IMG/VR virus record: IMGVR_UViG_3300009126_000404
Location: 96,001-160,000 of that record
Direction: 5' to 3' (one strand)
Length of the DNA stretch: 64,000 nt
Source of the DNA: a virus
Below the pieces are notes generated by a model. It was not told where the DNA came from. It worked only from the letters and a program-made list of their open reading frames with translations, and did not search any database. The position numbers and the translations under genes were made by a program. Positions 38,319 through 46,945 of this stretch are shown here, in pieces. Within the stretch, counting starts at the first letter, position 1; the number at the start of each line of letters is the position of its first letter.

Positions 38319-40027
38319 TTTTTTAAATCCTGGTTTTCATCTAAAGATAATTTAGCCGCAATTGCCATTTGTCTTTTCTTTGCTTTGCTTTTACCTTTGA
38401 ATTGTGGTGCATCACTTTTATAAAAGTCTTTAATAACATCACTCATTGAAGTGTTTTTTGTTATTTTTTCATTAGTAACACTTGGTATTAGTACTTCTGG
38501 CATTTTTATATTAGAAATATCTTTGCCCATACTGTCTTTGTATGCGTTAGCAAGTCTACTACGTTCGTTAGGATCATCTGTTCTATAGAATTGATTTGCA
38601 ATGGCCATATCAGCAACTATCATGTCTGCTGGTGCTTCTATTATTATTGGCTTGTAATAACCTATCTTTTTAAAATCTTTGTTTGTTAAACTATAAAATG
38701 TACTTTCCCATTTATCAGGATGTAATGCAAATCCTCCATTACGTTCTGGAACTATCTCTGCTAATGGATCTGCTCCTTGATGGAACTTTCCTAATTTATA
38801 TAAACGAACTAACATTCCTTCTGCAATAGGCTTTTTTAAATAATATTCTAATCTACCTCGTTCTGTAGACAAGTCTGAATCTTCTTTTAATAAATCATCT
38901 TTTGTAGCAGTAAAATTACTTTGCTTCCATTGTTGTTTTAATTTATTAAGTGTTGCACCCATTTCTGGACCTGGCTTCATACCTTTAGCAATTAAGTCTG
39001 CACCTGTTATAGGAAAGTCTGGAACATTGGCAGTAACCGCATGATCAGCCATTTTACTTTGTCCTTGTAACTCTGCTAATGCTTGAATTTTTTCTTTTTC
39101 TACTCCATCAGCAATCATGTGTTCTACTTTAGTTTTATCAAGTGTATTGTTTTTATTCTTAACTAAAAAGTCTAATAGTACTGCTTCATTATTGCTTAAC
39201 TTCCAACGCTTTGCTATATCTACACTATTACCTAATTGTGCTAATGCTACAATAGGATTACCTCTGTCTTTTACTTTAGTTAAGTCATTTGTTGCCAATC
39301 CTATGATTTTACTTACACCTGCTTTTTCCATCATTGCTAATACACTTGCAACATTTTGTCCTGCAAGTAATTTACTCATTTCTTGCCAAACACGTTCAGC
39401 ACTTATTTGTGTTAATCCTTTTGCATGTGTACTAATTGAATTTAATGTATCTCCATCCCATGTAGGCGTTGATAATCTACCTTGGAAACGAAAGTAACGT
39501 AATATTCGTAAATAATCTTCTGTAATTCTTTCTTCTGGATCGCCTACAAATTTACTTACTTTATCTTGTAAATCATCCATACCATTAAAGTAATCATATA
39601 CATTACCATCAATATCCATACTCATAGCATTGTATGTTAGGTCTCTGCGTTTAGCATCTTCTTCCCAACTACGCACAAATTCAACTTCAGCATGTCTGCC
39701 GTCAGTTTCTTTGTCTGCTCTTAGTGTTGTTATCTCAAATGGTTTGCTGTCTATGATTGCTGTAATAGTACCATGTTCTAAACCTGTTGGTTTATATGAT
39801 ATACCTGCTTTATCAAGTATAGCAATCATTTCATCTGGTGTGGCGTCTGTAGCGAAGTCAATATCTTTAGGTGATTTTCCTAGTGCAATATCTCGTACTG
39901 CACCACCTACTATTCGCATTTCGTGATTGTTGTCTTTAAATACTTTGTCAAGAGTTTGTATAGGCGTAGATATAATAGGTTTTATATTTAATCTTTCCTC
40001 GTATATAAGTAATTCACCGATACGCAT
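38312..40027 (-). CDS. cca: class-II tRNA nucleotidyltransferase (CCA-adding), no HD domain, extra C-terminal module
   Basis: VGGAVRD, DIDFAT, EITTLR..DGRHAEV, RRDLTYNAM, EDYLRILRYFRF, ISAERVWQE; leader MRIGELLIYEE. Confidence 0.9.
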   Translation of the reverse strand: MRIGELLIYEERLNIKPIISTPIQTLDKVFKDNNHEMRIVGGAVRDIALGKSPKDIDFATDATPDEMIAILDKAGISYKPTGLEHGTITAIIDSKPFEITTLRADKETDGRHAEVEFVRSWEEDAKRRDLTYNAMSMDIDGNVYDYFNGMDDLQDKVSKFVGDPEERITEDYLRILRYFRFQGRLSTPTWDGDTLNSISTHAKGLTQISAERVWQEMSKLLAGQNVASVLAMMEKAGVSKIIGLATNDLTKVKDRGNPIVALAQLGNSVDIAKRWKLSNNEAVLLDFLVKNKNNTLDKTKVEHMIADGVEKEKIQALAELQGQSKMADHAVTANVPDFPITGADLIAKGMKPGPEMGATLNKLKQQWKQSNFTATKDDLLKEDSDLSTERGRLEYYLKKPIAEGMLVRLYKLGKFHQGADPLAEIVPERNGGFALHPDKWESTFYSLTNKDFKKIGYYKPIIIEAPADMIVADMAIANQFYRTDDPNERSRLANAYKDSMGKDISNIKMPEVLIPSVTNEKITKNTSMSDVIKDFYKSDAPQFKGKSKAKKRQMAIAAKLSLDENQDLKKC

Positions 40028-40036
40028 ATTAAGTCC

Positions 40037-41332
40037 TTATTTAAAGCCATACTTTTGAGCTACACCCAGTAAATTTGAATCCCAATAATTACCTTTGTTT
40101 AAGTTACTCCAATAACTTTTAAGTTTACCACCCTTTTTCTTATCTTTCTTCTTAGGTTTTTCTTTTGGTTTTATTTTTTTGTTTGCTACTTTTTTAGCTA
40201 CTACTTTAGAACTAGTGGCACCTGCTGCCGGAGCTATATCTGTCTTTTTAGCAGTTTGTTTAGAAGTTTGTTTAGCGGTTACTTTAGCGGCTGTTGAAGT
40301 TGCCGCCGGTGTTGTACTAATTTTAACTTTTTTAGCCTTAGCCGCATCATCTGCCGCCTTTTGTAACTTATCATCTACTTTGCCTTTTAACTTATCAACT
40401 GCTTTAGTTGTTGCTTTAGTTGCCGTTGAAGTTGCCGCCGGTGCTGTTGAGTGTGGCATTACATCTTTTACTTTTTTAGATGTTGTTTTAGTTGTTACTT
40501 TAGCGGCTGTTGAAGTTGCCGCTGGTGTTGTATCAACTTTAACTTTTTGTGCTTTTTTTATTAAAGCATCATCTGCTTTCTTATTGATTTGTTTAGCTGT
40601 TGCATCACTGGCTGCTTTTGCTAATTTTGGATCTACTTTACCTTTTAATTTATCAACTGCTTTAGTTGTTGTTTTAGCAACTGCTGTTGATACTGGAGCA
40701 GTAGTCGTTTTATTAATTGCTGTAGCTATTGAAGAAGAAGGCGAAGATAAATCTAAAATTTTCTGTTTAATCTTAGCGGCATGTGGTGAATCAATTCTAG
40801 TTACTGTTGCTTTACCATCTACACCTGCAATGAATTTACCTTTTGATGTTGTTATAGTATCGCCTGGCTTTGCTGTTTGTACAACTTTTTTAGATGTTGT
40901 AGTTGTTGCTGTACTTCCCACTGATGCATTAGAAACTTTATTAATACCTTTAGGAACTTCTACATTTTTTGGAGTTGGAATATCTGCTGTTTTCTTTTGA
41001 GCTATTTTAGCTGCCTTTTTGGATTTATAAATTTTCTTACCTACTTTATAACCTTTACCTATTACCTTACCAAGTACTCCGCCTGCTATTGTTATTGCTA
41101 CGTCGGTTCCTACTCGAGTGGCTAATTCTGCTTTAGTAATTTCACCTCTCTCATATTGCTTTTTTGCTTGATATGTATCGTATGCAGTCCACGCCGCACC
41201 ACCTGCCCATAATGCAACAGGTATTAATGGTAAAAACTCAAGAATAACTTGTCGTTCATCTTTATTAACACCTCGTTCTTTTAAAATTGTATCTGCGGGT
41301 AGGTCTTTTTCTACCAAATTGGCTATTCTCAT
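40037..41332 (-). CDS. Lys/Ala/Thr-rich repetitive putative internal protein (start revised to 41332)
   Basis: Leader MRIANLVE; hydrophobic FLPLIPVALWAGG after ILE; H1-like low-complexity body. Confidence 0.7.
   Translation of the reverse strand: MRIANLVEKDLPADTILKERGVNKDERQVILEFLPLIPVALWAGGAAWTAYDTYQAKKQYERGEITKAELATRVGTDVAITIAGGVLGKVIGKGYKVGKKIYKSKKAAKIAQKKTADIPTPKNVEVPKGINKVSNASVGSTATTTTSKKVVQTAKPGDTITTSKGKFIAGVDGKATVTRIDSPHAAKIKQKILDLSSPSSSIATAINKTTTAPVSTAVAKTTTKAVDKLKGKVDPKLAKAASDATAKQINKKADDALIKKAQKVKVDTTPAATSTAAKVTTKTTSKKVKDVMPHSTAPAATSTATKATTKAVDKLKGKVDDKLQKAADDAAKAKKVKISTTPAATSTAAKVTAKQTSKQTAKKTDIAPAAGATSSKVVAKKVANKKIKPKEKPKKKDKKKGGKLKSYWSNLNKGNYWDSNLLGVAQKYGFK
40281..40700 (-). repeat. 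216-nt (72-aa) internal duplication
   Basis: ACTTTAGCGGCTGTTGAAGTTGCCG at 40281 and 40497; TTKAVDKLKGKVD twice; outer boundary approximate. Confidence 0.8.
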
Positions 41333-41380
41333 AACTGATAAGTCTCCTATGTAACTATTTATCAATTAATGATATTATGT

Positions 41381-41665
41381 TTATAATATAAACAGTTGTA
41401 TGAATGCCCAGGTGTTCATAATTGTAAACCATGAAACTAATAATATCGCTGTACTTCCACGTCTGTATGTACTAATAAGTGCTAACATACTTCCGAAAAG
41501 ATATAATGGAACAAATATTCTGGTTGCTGGGTCTAAGATTGTAAAGGCTAGTACTGCACTTCCTGTTACTAATAGTATGGTTTCTGCTAATTCAGCATAG
41601 AATGCTAATTTATCTTCGTAACTCTTTTTAAAAAATCGATATATATTTTTAAGAATTTCTACCAT
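41381..41665 (-). CDS. small multi-TM membrane protein
   Basis: Three hydrophobic helices. Confidence 0.65.
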   Translation of the reverse strand: MVEILKNIYRFFKKSYEDKLAFYAELAETILLVTGSAVLAFTILDPATRIFVPLYLFGSMLALISTYRRGSTAILLVSWFTIMNTWAFIQLFIL

Positions 41666-41734
41666 ACACTGTTACCTCTCAGTATTTACCGTCACTGCAT
41701 GATAGTGCAACAACTACTATTATTATTTTGAAAC

Positions 41735-42289
41735 TTAGGAGACGCCGTTCTTACGTAGCCATTCAAATATTTCTTTATTACTAAATTGTGGGCTACGTCT
41801 GTGACTTTCTGGAAGAGAGTCCCAATCTCTAAGTGCTGGATGCGTTTTTTTGCTTTCACTAAAAAATAATCCATAATGCCATCCTTCTTGGATCATTTCG
41901 TCACGCCATCTATTATGATGCCATTTGTTTAAATCAAATGTAGCACTTTCTACTACTTCAGGATCAATATCAAGTTCAACATCTTGCATTATATCATATT
42001 GATTTGATATTTCTATATTAAAATCTGGAACAAATTTATAATCCCAAGCGGCTACAATAATTGCGGCCTCTTCTTGTGTTAAATCTCTTATTAATGGTAT
42101 CGTATATGTATGTGGAAATTCTGGGCAATTTGGGTCTTCGCCGTATTCCATTGCTACTTCGTGATCACCTTGTTGATATGAAAAAACAATGCCCTCTGGA
42201 CCGAAACGTTTACAAATTCCTAACCAGTCCTTTGCAGTTTCACTGTCCAGCGGGTTTGCCGTTTTTAACATTGCGTGATGTTGATACAT
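41735..42289 (-). CDS. RyR-domain-containing protein
   Basis: HHNRW...EGWHYG...SKKTHPALRDWDSLPE. Confidence 0.75.
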   Translation of the reverse strand: MYQHHAMLKTANPLDSETAKDWLGICKRFGPEGIVFSYQQGDHEVAMEYGEDPNCPEFPHTYTIPLIRDLTQEEAAIIVAAWDYKFVPDFNIEISNQYDIMQDVELDIDPEVVESATFDLNKWHHNRWRDEMIQEGWHYGLFFSESKKTHPALRDWDSLPESHRRSPQFSNKEIFEWLRKNGVS

Positions 42290-42654
42290 TAAAATTTCTT
42301 CTTTTTAGGTTTACTTTCTGCGTAGTCGGCTTCTGCAGATGCAGAGCCTGAATAACTACCACGTGTTCCTGTATGTGATGTATCTGTTTGCACTACAATT
42401 TTATCAGGATTTTCGCTTGTACTATTGACGTAAAGTCCGAACCACGCCGCACCAGCACCCGTAATCACACTAACTAGTCCTGCTTGAGCCATGTTAGGAT
42501 CTTCGAGTAACATAAACCAATCTACAACATTGTAGAACATGTAAATGTATACTGCTATAAATGCACGTGGAAACAAACGTAACCTATCTATCCAATAGGG
42601 AAGTGCTTCAAATGAACTAATATTACCATCTTGGTTTAGATCTGTGTTTGCCAT
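42289..42654 (-). CDS. two-TM membrane protein (holin-like candidate)
   Basis: RLFPRAFIAVY...SVITGAGAAWFGLYV; late promoter and AGGAG SD. Confidence 0.6.
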   Translation of the reverse strand: MANTDLNQDGNISSFEALPYWIDRLRLFPRAFIAVYIYMFYNVVDWFMLLEDPNMAQAGLVSVITGAGAAWFGLYVNSTSENPDKIVVQTDTSHTGTRGSYSGSASAEADYAESKPKKKKF

Positions 42655-42708
42655 ATGTATCTCCTGTTATTTTTGTATTTATCTTACTTAATTATTAGGG
42701 GGTACTAA

Positions 42709-42801
42709 TTACGCCGCTACTGGGCCTAACCAATTCCATAGTATGATTGCAACTACAACCGCACCAATTACCCACATTTTGTTTGCTTTTAACCATTCCA
42801 T
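42709..42801 (-). CDS. 30-aa single-TM micropeptide (absent from track)
   Basis: MEWLKANKMWVIGAVVVAIILWNWLGPVAA; AAGGAG SD; late promoter. Confidence 0.7.
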   Translation of the reverse strand: MEWLKANKMWVIGAVVVAIILWNWLGPVAA

Positions 42802-42854
42802 AATGTGTCTCCTTAACTATAGTATTTCAAAATACTACATAGTATTTATCTTAT

Positions 42855-43346
42855 TCAGCCTTGATTCCACCTATTCCAGTTCGCCTTACGGGCATCAATA
42901 GATTCATCTATTGTTTTATTGGCTATTGTAATGCCATAACGACGCCCTGTAATACCTGTTACATTATGATATAAGTTAACTTGAATTTCGTGCCACTGTT
43001 GAGCTGGAAACTTAGCATCTTGTGTAGGTGTGATACGATCTTCTTCATACCAAACTGTATGTACATTATCTCCACCTGGATCAATAATATAATTTATAGC
43101 AAAATCTCTTGAATTGTCTACATGTACTGGTATATCGGCAGTCATTGTTTGGTATCTAAATTTTCTATAATTAGGAAACAATGGTTGTAAATACTCCTTT
43201 AATTCTTTTTGAACATCGTGTACAGTATAATTATTGCTATCCCCTTTAAATACATTTTCAAGTTCTAGTATTTCTTCTAAAGGTAGTATTAAATGCTCTG
43301 GAATTTTTGGTATATTTAAAATCCAAAACATTATATTTTTTTCCAA
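42855..43346 (-). CDS. cupin/2OG-Fe(II) oxygenase-like protein
   Basis: IPVHVD...AINYII...WHEIQVNLYHNV. Confidence 0.6.
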   Translation of the reverse strand: MEKNIMFWILNIPKIPEHLILPLEEILELENVFKGDSNNYTVHDVQKELKEYLQPLFPNYRKFRYQTMTADIPVHVDNSRDFAINYIIDPGGDNVHTVWYEEDRITPTQDAKFPAQQWHEIQVNLYHNVTGITGRRYGITIANKTIDESIDARKANWNRWNQG

Positions 43347-44014
43347 ATTTGGTGACTATCATAGTTTTCAACATATTCTATTATTTTATCTGCTATAATT
43401 ATATTACCTTCTTTATTAATGCCATTAGCACTATTTTGATAGCCAATGAAATAAGGTGTTAAATGATTGTGTGTAATATCCATTTTATAAATTTCATTAT
43501 CCACTATACCAGATGTAAACTTAATCCAGTCTGGAATTCTATTATGTGTGAAATGTATAACTGGTATTTGTTTAGCAGTGCAATATTGATCTATTTGAAT
43601 CATTGCTCCAGTAAACCTATTCATTTGTAAATCTTGATGATAAAAGTATTGCCTATTATCTGTTACTATATCATTTGCTTTATCTAATGTTAAATCTTCT
43701 GCTAGAATTTTATTTGACTTTTTAAAATAATCCATTTCATCTTTGGTAATTGTACCCTTTGAAATATCTTGTACAAAACCAGGTACAAATACATAAGTAG
43801 GTATTGCATGGAATATAATCGCCATACTAATATCTTTTTGCTTTTTTAAATAAAATAATATTCGTTCTTCACTACATGCTCCTATTCCATAATATGAATT
43901 ATTAGCATCATAACACTGATATTTTTCTTGTATAATATTTACAAATGTATCTATTGAATTATCTTTTTTAGTTTTGTACTTAGTCATGCTATGACCGAAA
44001 AATCGTATATTCAT
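43331..44014 (-). CDS. hypothetical, SGNH-like
   Basis: IRFFGHSM; YGIGACSEERI; C-terminal NGINKEGN..IAD. Confidence 0.5.
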   Translation of the reverse strand: MNIRFFGHSMTKYKTKKDNSIDTFVNIIQEKYQCYDANNSYYGIGACSEERILFYLKKQKDISMAIIFHAIPTYVFVPGFVQDISKGTITKDEMDYFKKSNKILAEDLTLDKANDIVTDNRQYFYHQDLQMNRFTGAMIQIDQYCTAKQIPVIHFTHNRIPDWIKFTSGIVDNEIYKMDITHNHLTPYFIGYQNSANGINKEGNIIIADKIIEYVENYDSHQIWKKI

Positions 44015-44028
44015 TTAAGTTCCTTTAA

Positions 44029-44103
44029 TGGAGCGGACAGCTAAGAATCGAACCTGCGACTTTGGGCTGGAAACCCATTATGATACCACTTCACCATGTC
44101 CGC
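44029..44103 (-). tRNA. tRNA-Gly(TCC), CCA encoded, bulged T-stem
   Basis: GCGGACA/TGTCCGC acceptor stem, U73, anticodon loop TT-TCC-AG, TTCGA T-loop. Confidence 0.9.
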
Positions 44104-44166
44104 AACCGACATGGGTCAAAGACTCCTACGCCGGCATAACTATTTATCTGAGTGTTTAATGGCCAT

Positions 44167-44202
44167 AAAAAAACCCGATATACAATTAAGTATACCGGGT
44201 TT
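44167..44202 (-). terminator. intrinsic terminator
   Basis: AAACCCGGTATAC-TTAATT-GTATATCGGGTTT followed by U-run. Confidence 0.8.
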
Positions 44203-44228
44203 AGAGTTTCTTTATAATAACGTAATAA

Positions 44229-44534
44229 TTACGCTACTGTTATTGCGCCTGCAGTTGAAAGCGAAAGAGCTTGTAGAGCAGTTTGTACTGCCGCTGCATC
44301 TGCCCAAGAACTGTTTTCCATTGTTACTGTGAAAACTGTTCCGCCTGAAGCGTGAGCTGAAAGACCCATAACTGTTCCATGCTGTGCCATACATTCAAGG
44401 ATTTGACCCACTTCTTCACCGGGGTTAACTTCACCTGAAACGTCTGCCGCACATGTAAGTGTGAATGAAGTCATAGTTGCACCATAATTGTGCTTTCCGA
44501 ACTCAATTGCGTTTGCTGGATTTGCTGTTGCCAT
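44229..44534 (-). CDS. small putative virion structural protein
   Basis: Late promoter, AGGAG SD, own terminator; Ala/Thr-rich. Confidence 0.65.
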   Translation of the reverse strand: MATANPANAIEFGKHNYGATMTSFTLTCAADVSGEVNPGEEVGQILECMAQHGTVMGLSAHASGGTVFTVTMENSSWADAAAVQTALQALSLSTAGAITVA

Positions 44535-44633
44535 TTTATATTTCTCCTAAAATTACAAATTAATGTAATTTAAAAATTCTGTGCTGTTGCACTACTTTTA
44601 TTTATGACATCTTGGTGAAAATTAACTAATAAT

Positions 44634-46529
44634 TTATCGTTTGACCGCGTTTAATTCAACAAATATCGTCCAAATAATGGTTTTTGCCGCTTCTCCAGTG
44701 ACTAAAACCTTTAAACTACTATTAGAACTGTCTGCTGAAACCGCACTTGTAGAGGCACTTAGGCTATCTACTAGTGTTTCTGTACTTTGACCACCTATTA
44801 AAGTTAATGTTCCACTCGTTTGATTTATAAGTCCTTGTACTCTAATACCATAGTGATCAGTACCATCACTTGCGACAATGTGTACTTTATACATAACTGT
44901 ACTATCATCATCTATTATTACTCTGTTTCCTGTAGTTAGTAATGCTTCTGTAGGGGTTGCGTCTGTTGTAGTAATAGACATAACAAAGTTTTCATGTGTT
45001 GCTACTACCACATTTGATACTTTTGCTACTTGTGTTATGCTATCTGTAAATGATTTATCACCTATTATGGTTGCTTCTGCATGTTTAGTATCAACATAGT
45101 TAGTAGATGCCAATCCTGCAATACTTGGTATATATGGTTGATTTGCTAATGAATTATAATCACCATCAAACAATGAAGGTAAATTAGTTAACGCATTATA
45201 ATCACCACTAAATGATCCAGCACTAGTAAAACTAAAGTTTCCTGCACCATCTGTTGTTAAAACTTGTCCATTAGTACCATCTGATATACCTAAATCTGTA
45301 AGTGCATCAGGTGAATCTGTAATTCCATATCCTGCTATTGTTGTTGGTCTGTTACTTAAATCTGCCCATGAACCACTAAACAATGTAGGTAAATTTGTTA
45401 AATCATTATAATCACTACTAAAGTGAGCTCCAACTTCAATTATTTTTTGGTCTACATATGCTTCTGTTGCAAAATTACTACCACCTGATCCTGTTGTTGC
45501 ATCTGTAGCTGGTGCCCATTCTGATCCATCCCATTTTAAAACTTGTCCTGATGTTGCGCCAGTTGTACTTACATCTGTTAATGCACCTAGTGTAGTTGCA
45601 CCGCCACCACCGCCTGTATTAGTAATCCATGCATAATCTGTTCCTGTCCAACTTAGAATTTGGTTTGCTGTTGCACTACCTACATTTAAGTGTGTGTTTA
45701 CTTCTGAATTTCCGTAACTGCTTAATAAGTTTGTTGTATCTGTTAAGTCCGATACATCTGCTGGTATAGTTGGAGCACCTGTTAATGAAGAATATGCTCC
45801 ATCAAATAATGTTGGTGTGTTAGTAAAGTTCGTGTAATCTAAATAGTAAGTACCATCTTGACTATCCAGTGTATCTGCATTACTTCCGCCACCACCTGAT
45901 GTATTATCTGTAGCTGGTGCCCATGCACTACCATTCCATTTTAAGACTTCACCTGAACTTGGTGCAGTGCTACTTACGTCAGTTAATGAACCAAGTGTCG
46001 TGTTTGCTATTTGATTCTGTACCCAAGTCTGTGTTGCATATCCTGTTAAATCTGGAATTACTGGAGTATTGGTAAGATTGTTATAATCGCCATCAAAAAA
46101 TGAAGCGTTTGCAATTGCAGTATTAATTTTACTTGTTACTTCTGTAGATAAATCGTAATTTGCAATTGTACCCGCCAAAGATGCTGTAGTAACATAAAGA
46201 CTAAGATCTGGTGGCGAATGTATAGCCGCTATTTGAGCGTCTACATAAGTAGTATCTGCTTTGGTTGCTATTGATGTATTAAGTGTTGCTACTTCTGTTG
46301 CTAATGCTGTAGTTGTAGCATAGTTACTTAAATCAATACTTCCACCTGAACTAATATTAGCTATTAAGGCATTAACTTGTGCTAATGTTGTAAAGTTACC
46401 TACTGTATTTTCAAACGATTTGGTCGCAGTTTTATATACTAGAATATCGCCTTCAGCAATATTATCTGCTAAGTTAAAATCTGGTGTAGGTAGTTGTTGA
46501 ATACCACCGCTAAATGCTTGAATCGCCAA
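44634..46529 (-). CDS. tail-fibre/baseplate-type structural protein with repeats
   Basis: LTDV...GxVLKWxGSxWAPATD twice; (F/L)DGDYNxLTNxP repeated; Gly linkers; TTG start after GGAGA. Confidence 0.75.
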   Translation of the reverse strand: MAIQAFSGGIQQLPTPDFNLADNIAEGDILVYKTATKSFENTVGNFTTLAQVNALIANISSGGSIDLSNYATTTALATEVATLNTSIATKADTTYVDAQIAAIHSPPDLSLYVTTASLAGTIANYDLSTEVTSKINTAIANASFFDGDYNNLTNTPVIPDLTGYATQTWVQNQIANTTLGSLTDVSSTAPSSGEVLKWNGSAWAPATDNTSGGGGSNADTLDSQDGTYYLDYTNFTNTPTLFDGAYSSLTGAPTIPADVSDLTDTTNLLSSYGNSEVNTHLNVGSATANQILSWTGTDYAWITNTGGGGGATTLGALTDVSTTGATSGQVLKWDGSEWAPATDATTGSGGSNFATEAYVDQKIIEVGAHFSSDYNDLTNLPTLFSGSWADLSNRPTTIAGYGITDSPDALTDLGISDGTNGQVLTTDGAGNFSFTSAGSFSGDYNALTNLPSLFDGDYNSLANQPYIPSIAGLASTNYVDTKHAEATIIGDKSFTDSITQVAKVSNVVVATHENFVMSITTTDATPTEALLTTGNRVIIDDDSTVMYKVHIVASDGTDHYGIRVQGLINQTSGTLTLIGGQSTETLVDSLSASTSAVSADSSNSSLKVLVTGEAAKTIIWTIFVELNAVKR

Positions 46530-46542
46530 GTGTAATTCTCCC

Positions 46543-46914
46543 TTAAATTAATATAACAACTTTGTCAATAGAACCATGTAATGCAGGGTCGTATGATCCA
46601 GCACCTAAATATGCTCTGTCAACTTTAACACGCAAATAAACAAAGTTACCTTCAAAACTTGTACCTTTAGTAATAGTTTGGGCAGTAAATTGTAAATATG
46701 CTGTTAGGTTGTCCAGATCAATAGGAAACCAATCAGTTTCTGCTGGATTCTCAACAATAGTAGCTTCTAAGTGTATTCTACCTGTAAAATTGTTCACATG
46801 GAAACTCATGGTATGTAAACCATCAGCAAAACCATAGTAACCGTCGCCTTTTACTTTATCACTTGTGTAAGTAAGTTCGTTTTTGTTTGTTAGAACTATG
46901 TTAGAACTAGCCAT
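46543..46914 (-). CDS. putative virion structural protein
   Basis: Late promoter GATAAATA and AAGGAG SD; beta-rich; upstream of fibre gene. Confidence 0.6.
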   Translation of the reverse strand: MASSNIVLTNKNELTYTSDKVKGDGYYGFADGLHTMSFHVNNFTGRIHLEATIVENPAETDWFPIDLDNLTAYLQFTAQTITKGTSFEGNFVYLRVKVDRAYLGAGSYDPALHGSIDKVVILI

Positions 46915-46945
46915 TAATAATCTCCTTTAATCTTACAAGTATTTA

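Noticed and set aside
40179-41000. 273-aa plus-strand ORF
   Set aside because: Antisense shadow of the Lys/Ala/Thr repeat gene, whose codon bias removes stops on the other strand; no SD or promoter. The same applies to most short plus-strand ORFs in the track.
44097-44125. AGGAG...ATG ORF reading through tRNA-Gly
   Set aside because: SD is 13 nt from the ATG and sequestered in a hairpin; the 23-codon product has no features
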